The notes under the pieces were generated by a model. It was not told the origin of the DNA, did not search any database, and worked only from the letters and a program-made list of their open reading frames with translations. From NCBI RefSeq assembly GCF_026571515.1, contig NW_026864722.1:62001-126000 (forward strand): a DNA stretch of 64,000 nt, given 5' to 3'. Origin of the DNA: Ruditapes philippinarum (taxonomy: Eukaryota). Of the stretch, positions 12,709 to 26,100 are shown in pieces. Positions within the stretch are counted from its first letter, which is position 1, and each line of letters opens with the position of its first letter. Made by a program: the position numbers and the translations under genes.

Positions 12709-14610
12709 ATGCAATGCTTTGAAACAAGAGCTGCATGTCGGACAGCACGCACAAATATTCAAAATCAACTACCTGCATAATAAAGGAATTCTCTTATTCA
12801 TAAAGAAGTATTATTCTTTGTAAAAACATGTTAGAGGGAAGTAACCTACAATAATGATCTCAAAAGATGTATTTACTTTCAAGTGCATTACCTCAATGGT
12901 TGTGGAGATAAATTTTGTCCCGAGAAATTCTTTAAGTTAATAAAGGGATTTAATTATTTCCAAATCAATGCTTAGGTCATGGGCCTTGAACAGTGAATTG
13001 AAGTCCAACAATGAATGTTTATGGCTAAGGAGAAACAAACTTGCAAACAAATCCTTAACCAAGGGCAGGCATAAGGTCAACGCGAATACCAAATTGCAGG
13101 TCAGTAAATTAGTTCCTTTTTCTGTGCATAAAAAATAACAGAGATATTTTAACATTTAAAACACATGCAGGGCATTATCTATGAAAGGCAAGATGTCCCA
13201 TGTCTAACCAATTCAAAATATTGTTAATATTTTTAATATCACTTTTCATTATTATATAAAACAAAGAAGAATTTAATTTACAGTTGACTTCCGTTTGTAA
13301 TACCCCACCCACTTTGTATATGGGTTTAGATAAATAAAATAGGTTTACGACATAGTTCACTTTTTCTAAAAATGTGTAGTTACATTTTCAAAGCTGTTTT
13401 AAACAAAATCATGAATGTTATTCAGTCTAAACAAAAAGAAACTAATAAGTTACACATATTAAGAAAAGGTTACCCAGTTTGCAACAGATTTCTCTCTTCT
13501 GTCGTTAAAAACATAGGCGATGAAAACTAGAGAAAATGCAATAAAGTCATAAATAAATAAATTTATAGCATTAGTGAGTTAAAGAATAAATAATTTCATG
13601 TTAAATTTCAATTGATTTAAAAAAAAACTTATAAAAGAAATAAGCAACGTAAATATACTAGACTATTTAGTGATTTGGTGGCCATCTTTGACGCCATCTT
13701 GGATATCTTAGCTTTGCATTGGGGTTGGGTCAAATGAATATCCATTCCAGAAACTACAGATCCAGACGAACATTTTGGTATATGAAACTTGCTGTTAGCT
13801 GACATAGACCACTAATCCCTCTTAATAGGCTAGTTAAATAAGCTGATTTGCAGCACTATAATAACTATATTATCCATTATGTTTATGCTGATCATAAAAT
13901 AAATTGTAAACATTTCCTGTCTGTACATTCTTTGTCATTGTTATACTATTTGTAAGCAAATCATTATCAGCCAGATTAAACCCAACCCACATTCCTTTCA
14001 AAAATAGTGTGTGACGTATTGCTGATTTGTAGAAGTCTTCAAAAAAAACTGATCCTCTGTAGATTCTTGAGGACAGTTTATGCAATCTTCGTGCAGATAA
14101 TTTGTTTGGACCTCTTGATCATTTTGCGAGAGGATAATTAACAACACCAGCAACAGTGATAAGCAATTACACGAATATGTTTTAGCTACAAAAGCATGTA
14201 CACTCGTGCACGCTAGCAAACAATATAAACCCTCTATCTCTGTCAACTCTCGAGGGTGTTATTAACGGGGCTACGAACCAAATTGGTAGTAAGAAGAAAA
14301 TATAAAAGTATTAAAGTATAAAAGTTCCCAAACTAAAGTATGCATCAAACAATAAGACTAGAAATATAGACTCAAGGTAATGTTTTGAATGGCACTTATG
14401 TGTCACATTGGAGGTTCAATGAAAATCGCCATATGAACCCATCTGCAGATTTCTTTTTAAATCTAAAATTTCACCATTTTCATGTTTAAATATTGAATTA
14501 TGCTTAAGCTGGTGTTGGCGGTGGGACGGGGGCGTTACCGAGGACAGTAACTTGTGTTTTAAGTATCGTCCAGGCTAAATGAAACCGAAAGTGCAACATT
14601 CATTGTCAAT
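12709..14610 (+). repeat. Segmental duplicate of 1-3480 lacking the LTR insertion
   Basis: Near-identical by eye: 12709-12949 matches 1-240, and 12950-14610 matches ~1875-3480. Confidence 0.9.
14317..14376 (+). promoter_or_regulatory. Putative TATA, initiator and non-coding exon 1 of unit 3
   Basis: TATAAAAG at 14317, TCA with A at 14347, donor AAG|GTAATG at 14377. Confidence 0.55.
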
Positions 14611-15833
14611 TTTGTCGTGTTTAGCGTTTTAAGGAGACCGTTTTTCACGTTCTGGTTAGTATATGATTATGTTAGTATATATTATATTATGATGACGAGC
14701 AGGTGCAAAGAAAGTGAAAATAGAGTAGAAATTGTAAACGGGAAACATTATTCATGACGTGTCAGAATTGCATACATAAAGAGAATAAAAACCCTGAACT
14801 AAAACATGTACAACGTTTAAAGCAACAATGAGTTAAGGTGTTAATTAAATATTTAACCTTTCCAATATTGCAAACAACAAAATACGCGTTGAATTTATTT
14901 CTTTCATAACGCACACTTGCACATACGCATGCATGAACGTATGCAATATTTTGGCAAAAATTCACTCTCATTACATTACGATATGTTATTGTAATAGTCT
15001 TGTAAAATTGCCATTGAATTTGTTTCTTTATGACGCCCTTAGGCACGAACACGCGCAGTATTGTTGTAAATATGTCAATATAAATGGACGGTATGTTATT
15101 GTAATACTAGGTTTTGTTCGATTAGTCATTACATATGTTATAATAAAAAGGTAAAGACAACGTCTCTAATGATGTGAAATAATTATAAGGTAAGCTTACT
15201 GCACCAATGTAGTAAGTGAGTAAGGAACCAACCGTAAACGTTCTGAAATGAGCAATAAATTAAATGAATATGTCATAGACATACAATGAATTGATAACAT
15301 TTTAACCAGATATGATGTATATTTGAACATAACCTGGTGCTAATGCTTGAAGATCATTGTATACATTTTAAAAGGTGTGAAACAATTGATGTCAATTATA
15401 TGACTCTAGTTACCTTCCTTGACTTTTGTGTTAGATACAACAATGACGCCAATAACGATTACAATAATAATGATTATGATCAAAATGACGATAAGATGAT
15501 AATTGTGATGAAGATGACGATTACAAACAGTAATGATGACGGTGATGATTATTTGAAGCAGACGATGTCGAATGTCGACATGTCGACATGTTGGTTCTCC
15601 TACTGTTTCTTTTGATGAATTAATGGCATATCTAATTTTAATAATTATCATTTTACTGATGATGACAGAAAAACAAATTAAATGAGGAACACAAAGAATG
15701 CTTATATTAAACTATAAGCAAGTACCTTTACAAGAGTTCTTATCTTACTATCACGTTCTTCATATATATTGACATAATAATTTACTAATAAGTTAAATCT
15801 GGACTTTCTTGCAGACAGAAAACTCGTCTGACA

Positions 15834-17251
15834 ATGGCTTTCACTTCACCGGTGATATTTATGTTGTTTATTCTTGTGACGTCATCGGTTGCTGACAATT
15901 CAGACAAGCCAGTAACAGATAATCGTGACATAGCTAAAGAATTTGACGATTTTAAAAAAGCTTTGACCGAAACCCATGCACGAGACATTCAAAGACTTGA
16001 GGATATTATAAATGCTCAAGGAATGCAAATTCAAAAGCTTGAATCTGACAATGCTTTGAAGGATTCTGCAATACAGGATCTGCAAGGAAAAACAGAAAAA
16101 ATAACTGTCAAGAAGGACGTTGTTTTGAAAAGTGCTGGGAAATCACAAAGCGACGAAACGTTTAGAAAAACCTTTTCAAAATCACAAGTCTCCCTGCAGA
16201 AGAGAGGTAAAATAATTCTTTTTCCATGAAGCTATCTTTTAGAAAAAATACTTTTATTCATATTCAAAAAGTCAATTTCATAATTTTAAATGAAGCAATC
16301 CTTAGAGTGAATAAGTCTACTATGAAAGGGATATAATATAGTTTAACCTTAGTTAAAACCACTTTCAAATAAAGGCCATAATGTAAATTAAGGCCACTCT
16401 TCAGCAACCCTTCATTGATTACATAGAACATTATAACGTCCAAATAAAGGCAAATTGTCTATAAAGGTCACGTTTGATCTCTGCTTTGGGTGACAGGTGT
16501 TTGATACAAGATCCCATGTTACATATTCTATAAACAGATCAAATATTGTTCTTGAACAGAATATTATAATAATTATTCATCATACATAGATGTTCCTACT
16601 TCATTTAGAACTTTATCATCGTTTTAAGCAATATTTTATAAGAATAATAATTTTAGATATCTCTATTGTTTTTATCAATGGAAAATGTCCCATTTTAGAC
16701 TAACTTATTTTCATTTTATAAAATCTGAAGAAAAATTTTAAGAGATTTCAAATGATTTACATTTCTTAGTTCATACCAATGGCTAGTGCTAGAAAAAAGT
16801 GCTTTATCTTTAAGGTCAACATAATATGATGAAAAGAGCAAGCGCCGAAAGCAAGGTTGCATTTTTTGCCTCAGTTACAACCGACCTTGAACATTTGGGT
16901 CAAGACCAAGATATCATATTTGACCACGCTGTTACAAATATTGGTAATGGTTATCTACCACACCACGGAACATTTGTGGCTCCAGTCTCTGGAACCTATG
17001 TTTTCTCTGTAACATTAAATCACTGGGGAGCAGCGGATACCTGGGGTCATTTTGTTGTTAATGGGTCAATTGTTGCAAAATTACATTTGCATAACGGACA
17101 ATCCTCTCAGACGGTAATTGTATATTTGAAACAAGGAGAAGACGTTTCAGTACAAAACACAGCGACAGACCGGGTCATATATGGGGACCGCTACAGCACA
17201 TTTTGTGGATTTCTACTGTATGAAGATTTCTCTGTAAACTTTGTTGGCTAA
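15834..17251 (+). CDS. C1qDC protein, unit 3, ~269 aa; exons 15834-16206, 16815-17251
   Basis: Signal peptide, coiled coil, in-frame phase-1 GT-AG intron, complete gC1q domain. Confidence 0.9.
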
Positions 17252-17991
17252 ATAAAATTGATTGGACAGTCTTCAAAAATTTATCATATAATAGTACAAT
17301 ACATCATTTCTAAATTTTGATAATTATATTATATTATCATTTTTTAAATGACTTTCAAATGTCGAACAAAATATGTTCATATATCAAGAGTTTTCCACAT
17401 ACTTGTATCCTATATTTCCATATATGTCATACTATACTTAATTTGATTATGAATATTGTTAAAGGTATCTTACTTTCATTTTGGACTGTAGACTGCTAGG
17501 AACAATTTATAGAAATGTCTAAGTGTATTCAGCTTTGACCTTTCTTTTGAAACGAAACTCAGTAAATTAAATTTTGCGACCACTCTTTTACAATTTTTTC
17601 TTCTACCAAACCTTAAAGTAATTACTGCTATAAAATAGAGAAAAGCAGAATCCCTAAAGAAAGCCCAACACGGCAATAAAGCCATATGACATAGAAACCT
17701 ACATGTAACTTGTCATCCAACCTAAATCATTAAAATGTTGATATTAATAAGAAAAATACTGCTGATTTCATGCTATACATGTATAAAGTACGTTTGTGAT
17801 CTATTTGTTAAGCTATTGTCTCGTTTTTATAATTGTTCGGGGTGAAAAATGAGTACCAGAATAGTTGAAATTTATTTGGAATTATATTAGTTTACTTCAT
17901 TCCGCCCTAAATGCTAAGAACAAACAAGTAACAGATATTCAAAACATTGTTTTTAGGTGGAAGAAGGTATGGAAGCTTCATGCGAAGTTAG

Positions 17992-18128
17992 TCTCGAATA
18001 TTGCTAAAGAACTTGAGGAATTTAAGATAATTATACCTCTCATTAAGATTAGAAGCTCTGACTGAAAACCATGCACGAGAAAGACTTGATAATATTATAA
18101 ATGATCAAAGAAAGAAAATTCAAAAATA
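17992..18128 (+). pseudogene. Decayed internal fragment of a C1qDC stalk exon
   Basis: ATTGCTAAAGAACTTGAGGAATTTAAGATA...GAAAACCATGCACGAGA aligns with the unit-5 stalk (22879-23015) but carries indels. Confidence 0.6.
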
Positions 18129-18593
18129 GAATTGGAGACCGCTATATTATACATTATGTTCATGCTGATCATAAAGTAAATAGTAATCATTTCCTGTCAT
18201 TGATATACTATTTGTAAGCAAATCATTGTCAGCCAGACCTAACCCAACCCACTTTCCTTTCAAAAATAGTGTGTGATGTATTTATGATTTGAAGAAGTCT
18301 TCAAAAAATACTTATCCTCTGTAGATTCTTGAGGATAGTTTATGCAATCTATGTGCAGAGAATTTGTTTGGACCTCTTGATCATTTTGCGAGAGGATAAT
18401 TAACAACACCAGCAACAGTGATAAGCAAGTACACGAATATGTTTCAGCTACAAAAGCATGCACGCTCGTGCATGCTTTAGCAAACAATATAAACTCTCTA
18501 TCTCTGTCAACTCTCGCGGGTGTTATTTACAGGGCTACGAACCAAATTGTAGTTAGAAGAAAGTATAAAGCTAAAAGTATAAATGTATTAAAG

Positions 18594-18653
18594 TATAAAA
18601 GTTCCCAAACTAAAGTAAGCATCAAACAATAAGACTAGAAATATAGACACAAG
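18594..18653 (+). promoter_or_regulatory. Putative TATA, initiator and non-coding exon 1 of unit 4
   Basis: TATAAAAG at 18594, TCA with A at 18624, donor AAG|GTAATG at 18654. Confidence 0.55.
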
Positions 18654-19249
18654 GTAATGTTTTGAATGGCACTTATGTGGCACATTGGAGGTTCAATGAA
18701 AATCGCCATATGAACACATCTGCGGATTTCTTTTTAAATCTAAAATTTCACCATTTTCATGTTTAAATGTTGAATTATGCTTAAGCTGGTGTTGGCGGTG
18801 GGACGGGGTCATTGGCGAGGACAGTGACTTGTGTTTTAAGTATCGTCAAGGCTAAATGAAACCGAGAGTGCAACATTCATTGCCAATTTTTGATCAAAAT
18901 GACAATAAGATAATGATTGTGGTGAAGATGACGATTACAAACAGTAATGATGACGGGGATGATTATTTGAAGCTGATGATGTCAAAGATGTCGACATGTT
19001 TCTCCTACTGTTGCTTTTGATGAATTAATATTTTTAATGGCATATCTAATTATAATAATAATAATTTTACTGATGATGACAGACAAAACAAATTAAATAA
19101 GGAACACATAAAATGCCTCTATTAAACTATAAGCAAGTACCTTTATAAGAATTCTTATCTTACTATCACGTTCTTCATATTATATTGAATTAATAATTTA
19201 CTAATAAGTTAAATCTGGACTTTCTGGCAGTCAGAAAACTTGTCTGACA

Positions 19250-20692
19250 ATGGCATTCACTTCACCGGTGAAAATTATGTTGTTTTATCATGTGACGTCA
19301 TCGGTTGCTGACAATTCAGACAAGCCAGTAACAGATAATCGTGACATAGCTAAAGAATTTGACGATTTTAAAAAAGCTATGACCGAAACCCATGCACGAG
19401 ACATTCAAAGACTTGAGGATATTATAAATGCTCAAGGAATGCAAACTCAAAAGCTTGAATCTGAAAATGCTATGAAGGATTCTGCAATACAGGATCTGCA
19501 AGGAAAAATAGAAAAAATGACTGCAAAGGAAAACAATGATTTTATAGGTACTGGTAAATCACACAGCGACGAAACTTCTACCAAATCACAAGTCTCCCAG
19601 AAGAAGAGGGGTAAGCCTAAAATTTCTGTTTCAATGAAGCTATCTATTAGAAAATTTACTCTTTATTCATATTCAGAAAGTTAATTACATGATTGTAAAC
19701 AAAGCAACTCTTAAAGTGGAACAAGTCTATAATTGAAGGGTTGTCATACAGATAAATCTGTATTAAAGACCAATTTCAAATAAAGGCTATAATGTAAATA
19801 AAGGCCAGTCTTCAGCAACCCCTCATTGATTAAATAAAACATGATAGTCTCCAAATAAAGGCCACCTGTCTATAAAGGTCATATTTGATCTTTTTTGTGT
19901 TGCTGGTGTGAGATATAAGATCCCATATTACATATATTATATATAGCAGATAATATATTGTTCTTGAATAGAATATTAGTATTCATATAAATGTTCATAC
20001 TGATTCATTTAGAACTTTATCAACATTCTTAAGCAATATTTTATTAGAATATCAATTTTATACATTTCTATTATTTTATCAATATTTCAAATACTTATTG
20101 AAAATGTGCCCATTGTTGACCTACATATTTTTATTTATAAAATGACTAAAATCTGAAGAAAAAAAATCATAAGAGATTTCAAATGTTTTACATTTCTTAG
20201 TTCATACAATTTCCTAGTGATAGAAAAAATGCTTATTTTTAAGGTCAAAGTAAGATGGTGAGAAGAGGAAGCGCCGAAAGTAAAGTTGCATTTTTTGCCT
20301 CAGTTACACCCACCCTTGAACATTTGGGTCAAGACCAAGATATCATATTTGACCACGCTGTTACAAATATTGGCAGTGGGTACATTCCACATCATGGAAC
20401 GTTTGTGGCTCCAGTCTCTGGAACGTATGTTTTCTTTATCACAGTAGAAAAACTAGATAAACTAGACACAGCGTATACCTGGGGTCATTTTGTTGTTAAT
20501 GGGTCAATTGTTGCGAAACTAGATTTGAATTACGGACAATCCTCTCAGACGGTAATTGTAAATCTGAGACAAGGAGAAGACGTTTCAGTGCAAAACACAG
20601 AGACCGACAGGACCATAAGAGGGGACCGCTACAGCACTTTTAGTGGATTTCTGTTGTATGAAGATTTCTCTGTTAACAGCTTTGTTGGCTAA
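19250..20692 (+). CDS. C1qDC protein, unit 4, ~269 aa; exons 19250-19610, 20244-20692
   Basis: In-frame phase-1 intron (AGGG|GTAAG ... TTAAG|GTC) and complete gC1q with a 3-aa KLD loop insertion. The signal peptide core carries K and H substitutions. Confidence 0.87.
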
Positions 20693-22794
20693 AAACAATT
20701 TGACTGGACATCCTAAATCAACTGATAATTTTTAAAACAGTTTCAAATTTTTGTAGTTTGTAATATACTTTTTTTTGTAGTTGAAATTAATATTTCTAAA
20801 GGCATAGAGTAATGAATGCCAAAAAGTTTGGTTAGATAAACTAAATTTTGTTGCATGTCAACTTATTTTCATTTATTAGATTTAATTCGTTTATTGGTTT
20901 AAAAACCGGGGATAAAATAGGAATTGAAGGAAATTTCGGATTGGATACAATTTAGTAAAAAAGACTCTTTTTTGTTTTAGACCAAGCTACGAACAACTTA
21001 TAGAAACTGCTAAATAAATTCAGTTTAAAATTTAATCATCCTTTTGAAACAAAATCCTTCAGAAAATTTGGTTTGCAGCCACTCTTTTAACATGTTATCT
21101 TTCCATTTAAATAACATTTCAAGTACCTTTAAAAAAAGTCCTTATCAATAACAAGACAATGGAATATGACATAAATAGATACATGAAAATGTATCACCTA
21201 ACTGATAAATGTAGAGCCATTAATTCAATTATTTAAATTTCATTTTTTAAATGCATTCCACCAATGCCAAAACTCCTAAAAACATTAAATTCAAATTTCT
21301 TAAATATATCAAGTGAAAGCATTTAAAATGATAAATATGCAAAGGATTATTGAGAAATATGGTCAGAAGTAAACTGAAAATAAATATTCTTTGCGATTCG
21401 TAGCCCCTTTGAGCGCAAAGCGTTGCAAAGTCTTGTCATTTTTTAAAGATATTTTGCACAATAAAAATTATGAATCTGGAAAAAACAGGGAGAGGGATTA
21501 ATTTCATGGTCTACAGATACATCAAATTGTACACACATTTTGGAAAAATATTTTCAGTCCGTCATACCAAAGAACCTCGAGCTCAGTGAAGTCACTTTAA
21601 GATAAATGCTGCCGATTTCGTGCTAATGTATGTTAAGAGTATGTCTGTTGTCAATTTCTTCTGCTATTCAACGATTTTTCGATTGTACTGTTTGACAAAA
21701 TAAGTTTAAGAAGAACATTAGATTTACTTGCATTTTTTTTCAAACGATACGTGCGATAGAATACATACTCTGTTTTGTTTTGTACGAAATTTAACTTTAA
21801 TTATTAAAGGACAATCCTTTCGATGCATTGATATTGAATTTTACATTTTACTGTATTGAAACCATTCTTCGTCACTCTAAAGAGGATAACGGTTATCAGT
21901 AAAATGAACAAGGTCAAAATCAAAGGAAATGGTCTAATATAAATGCAAACTATAACGTTTCCTTTGATGTATTAAGTCTATGGCTTATAGAATAAAGACG
22001 TTAAATGACCACAAAAGACCACGTCATATTAAAAAATAAATGTCCACAGAGAGACAAACAGACAAATACATAGTGCTAATATTCTATTTCTTAAAACATT
22101 TTTTATTGTTGGGGTCCTGTTATAGTTAAACAAATACTCATTGACCATGTGCTTCTTCTGTTACTTTTGACTATTAGTATAGTTAAAGTAATTAAGTATT
22201 TTGTATGGAATCAAAATACTACTTTGTTTACATTTTACTACTTTTATGACAAATATTGTCAAATACAGCACTCTTTTTTTGAGATGGAAAGCAACTAACA
22301 TGCTTTGAAACCATTTAAAGCTCATGTTTCCCCTTTTCTGAGGACATATTCGTTTTATATATATTTGCTTTTAAGCGGGCGGTATTTAGTAATTCAATCT
22401 TACGCATGAAAAATTACCAAACTTGTATGGAAGAGAGATTAATGAATTTGACTATGTTTGAATAATGGTTTAAATAAATGTCAGATCCTGAAGAAAGTAG
22501 TGGTAAATGTGAAATAATTTATCATAAAAGTAGCAAAATGGTAACAAAGTAGTATTTTAACTAATACACAAAATACATATTCGCTATTACTGTACTAATT
22601 GCCAAAAGTAACAGATAAAAAAGATGGTTCAGGTTATTGGCCATTTAATAAATGTTTGGATAATATAAAAGACATCAACATTAAAAAGCTTTTGAAAATA
22701 TAAAAATAAGTTTTTGTAATGGCTTAGGGCCTTTAATTGTTTTCTAAACTAAACTTAAAGAGAAATCTTTCAAAATTGATACACGTACCTGAAA

Positions 22795-24837
22795 ATGGCA
22801 TTTACTGTACTTCCAACAATATTGTTTTATCTTGTGACTTCCTCGGTTGCTTACAATGCTGACAAGTCCCTTACAGTTTCTCGCGACATTGCTAAAGAAT
22901 TTGAGGATTTTAAGATATACATTTCATCTATAATGGAAGCTATGGCCGAAAACCATGCACGAGAAATAGGAAGGCTTGAGCATATCATACATTCTGAAGG
23001 GAAGCAAATTCAAAAACTTGAATCTGACGATGCATTGAAGACTTCCGAGATTAAGGTTCTACTTGGAAAATTAGAAGGAGCAGCGATGGCATTAAAAGTA
23101 CCGAGAAATCAGAAAGCAAAATTACACTACGAAAACTTAAGGGAAAGTTGACAAAGCCACATACTTTTTTGAAGAAAAAGGTAGATATGACCAGTTATAA
23201 TTCAGTAAACCTTTTGCTTTTAGAATGCCTAATGAATATTGTTGTATACTTATTAAGAAGCATTTATTTGTAATACCGTGATAAAGAATGGAATACAAAA
23301 TATAGTTATACAATTTATATTTTACAGATATGCTGTTTTAGTTGTACAGACAAAAATGATTTTGTTTCCATGAAGCTATCTTTTAGAAAATTACTTTTAT
23401 TCACATTCAAAAAGTGAATAAGTCTATTATGAAAGGGATATAATACAGTTTAACCTTTGTTAAAAACCACTTTCAAATAAAGGCCGTAATGCAAATAAAA
23501 GCAACTCTTTAGCAACCCTTCATTGATTAAATAGAACATGATAACGGCCGAATAAAGGCCAATTGTCTTTAAAGGTCACGTTTGATCTCTGATTTGGGTG
23601 GCAGGTATTTGATACTAGATCCCATGTTACATATGCTATAAACAGATAAAATATTGTTCTTGAACAGAATATTATAATAATTATACATCATGCATAAAAG
23701 TTCCTACTGATTCATTTATAACTTTATCATCATTTTAAGCAATATTTTATAAGAATTATAATTTTATATAATTCTATTGTTTTATCAATATTTGAAATAC
23801 TGATGTAAAATGTCCCATTTTAGACTTACAGATTTTCATTTTATAAAATCTGAAGAAAAATCTTAAGAGAGTTCAAGTGTTTTACATTTCTTAGTTCATA
23901 CCAATGGCTAGTGCTAGAAAAATTGCTTTATCTTTAAGGTCAACATAATATGGTGGAAAGAGCAAGCGCCGAAACCAAAGTTGCAATTTTTGCCTCAGGG
24001 TCAGGGTATCGCATTGTAACATGGCCAGCGATTGGCTGAAAAAAAAGTGCAGGGAAAACCGTATGAGTCAATTTATATATGAGGTGATTGGATGGAAGTG
24101 GGGTATTTTTAAGTAAAAAACTAATTTAAAAAGTAACACTACACTGTTTTCTGAAGAAAATGAAATATTTCATGAGTCTCTGTGATAATTTTAACTTGGA
24201 TATTTACATTTATAAAAAGTGTATGTCAGTCCTGTGATCAGCAGAAAATTTCAATGAAAAGGGGTTAATCCTCTCTGAAGTCATTTTGCAAAAAATTTGG
24301 TTGGCTACCCCTATATAACAAGATCATTTTCATGTGTCAGGCATTTCATTCTGCTAGAAAAATTAGCTCTTTAGCATGAAAACTCAATTTTAGGTAGGAT
24401 TAGGGACCATTTCTTATAATGTGAGTCTATGGAAATATCAATGTGAGTGTCTGACCGTTACAACCGACCTTGAACATTTGGGTCAATACCAAGATATTAT
24501 ATTTGACCACGCTGTTACAAATATTGGTAATGGTTATCTACCACACCACGGAACATTTGTGGCTCCAGTCTCTGGAACGTATGTATTATTTGTAACTTTA
24601 CATAACCAAGATCCGGCGGATACCTGGGGCCATTTTGTCGTTAATGGGTTAATTGTTGCAAAATTATTTTTGCATTACGGACAATCCTCTCAGACGGTAA
24701 TTGTATATTTGAGACAAGGAGAAGACGTTTCAATACAAAACACAAAGACAGACCGGAGCATATTCGGGGACCGCTACAGCACATTTAGTGGATTTCTGTT
24801 GTATGAAGATTTCTCTGTAAACAGTATTGTTGGCTAA
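22795..24837 (+). pseudogene. C1qDC unit 5: frameshifted stalk (22795-23180, stop at 23151) and gC1q exon (23939-24837) interrupted by a 458-bp insertion
   Basis: Stalk homology continues in another frame (DGIKSTEKSES) after ~23080. The head is split at GCCTCAG|...|GTTACAACC. Confidence 0.85.
23999..24456. mobile_element. Unclassified 458-bp non-autonomous DNA element inserted in a gC1q exon
   Basis: Termini GGTCAG...CTGACC form a 6-bp inverted repeat. The empty site GCCTCAGTTAC is present in paralogs, and only a single G is duplicated. Confidence 0.75.
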
Positions 24838-26100
24838 ATAAAATTGATTAAAAAGTCTTCAGAAATTTATGATATGATTTAAATTTTGTTTATTATATAA
24901 GATGTTTTCTTTGTTTTTCTCCATGAATTACGAGTGACGAACAGCAGAATATTTTCTTAGATCGTTTTGGGCGTACTTAGAGGATTACGATTTTCTCTGT
25001 TTGGTTAGTTTATATTGTAATGCGCAGGTGCATAGAGAGGGAAAATAAAGTAAGACGTATAAATGGAAAACATTGACCAATAAGAGTCAGAATAGCATAC
25101 AGAAAGAAAATAGAATACCTAAGCTTAAACATGAACAACGTTTAAAGTGACAGTGAGTTAAGAGATAACAAGAGTGTGTATATTTAATACGGAAACTTTT
25201 CAATATTGCAAACAACAGACTTTACATCTTAAATTTACTTCTTTCATAACACACACTTTCACAAACGTACGCACTCTCATGCATGAACATATGCGTTATT
25301 TTGGCAAACATTCAACTACGTTGCATAACGATATGTTTGCAAACAGTTCAATAAAAAATTACGATACGTTATTGTAATAATTCCTTCTGTTCGATAAGTC
25401 ATCATACATGTGTTATATTAAAAATGTAAACTGATGTGAAATGAAAATATGTGAAATATAAGCTCACCGCACAAATGTCGTAGAGAGTAAGGAACCAGAT
25501 TCAAAGCACTGAAATAAACGCTCTATTTTATCTATATGACATTGACATAAATAGAAAACTAGGCTAAATTGATCGGATTGGGTCCAATAATGATTTATAT
25601 TTGGACATGACGTGGTGCAATTGCTGAAAGTGCATTGGTTACATTTTAGAAGGTATGAAATAATTGTTGCCAGTGAAGTCACTCTAGTTTTTTCCCCAGA
25701 CTAATGAGTAAGATGACAATGACGACGCCAGCCGCGATGTATTAATAATCAATATTATAAAATTGACGGTAATTATGATGGTGATGAAAATGACGATGAC
25801 AAACAGTAATGATGACGGTGATGATTATTTGAAGCTGACGATGACAACGATGTTGATATGTCTCTTCTATTGCTGTTTTTGATGATTTAATACTTTAATG
25901 GCTTATCTTATTCTAATTATTATTATTTTACTGATGATGACAGAAAAACAAAACAAATAAGGAAACGATAGAATGCTTCTATTAAACTCTAAGTGAGTAC
26001 CTTTACAAGATTTCTTATCTAACTACAACGTTCTTCATATATATTGATTAAGTAATGTACTAAAATCAGTTGAATTGCAGACAGAATTCTTTGTCTGACA

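Noticed and set aside
24421-24456. N-terminus MSLWKYQCECLT of the 138-aa ORF
   Set aside because: Read-through from the inserted element using a GTG start, not part of the gene.
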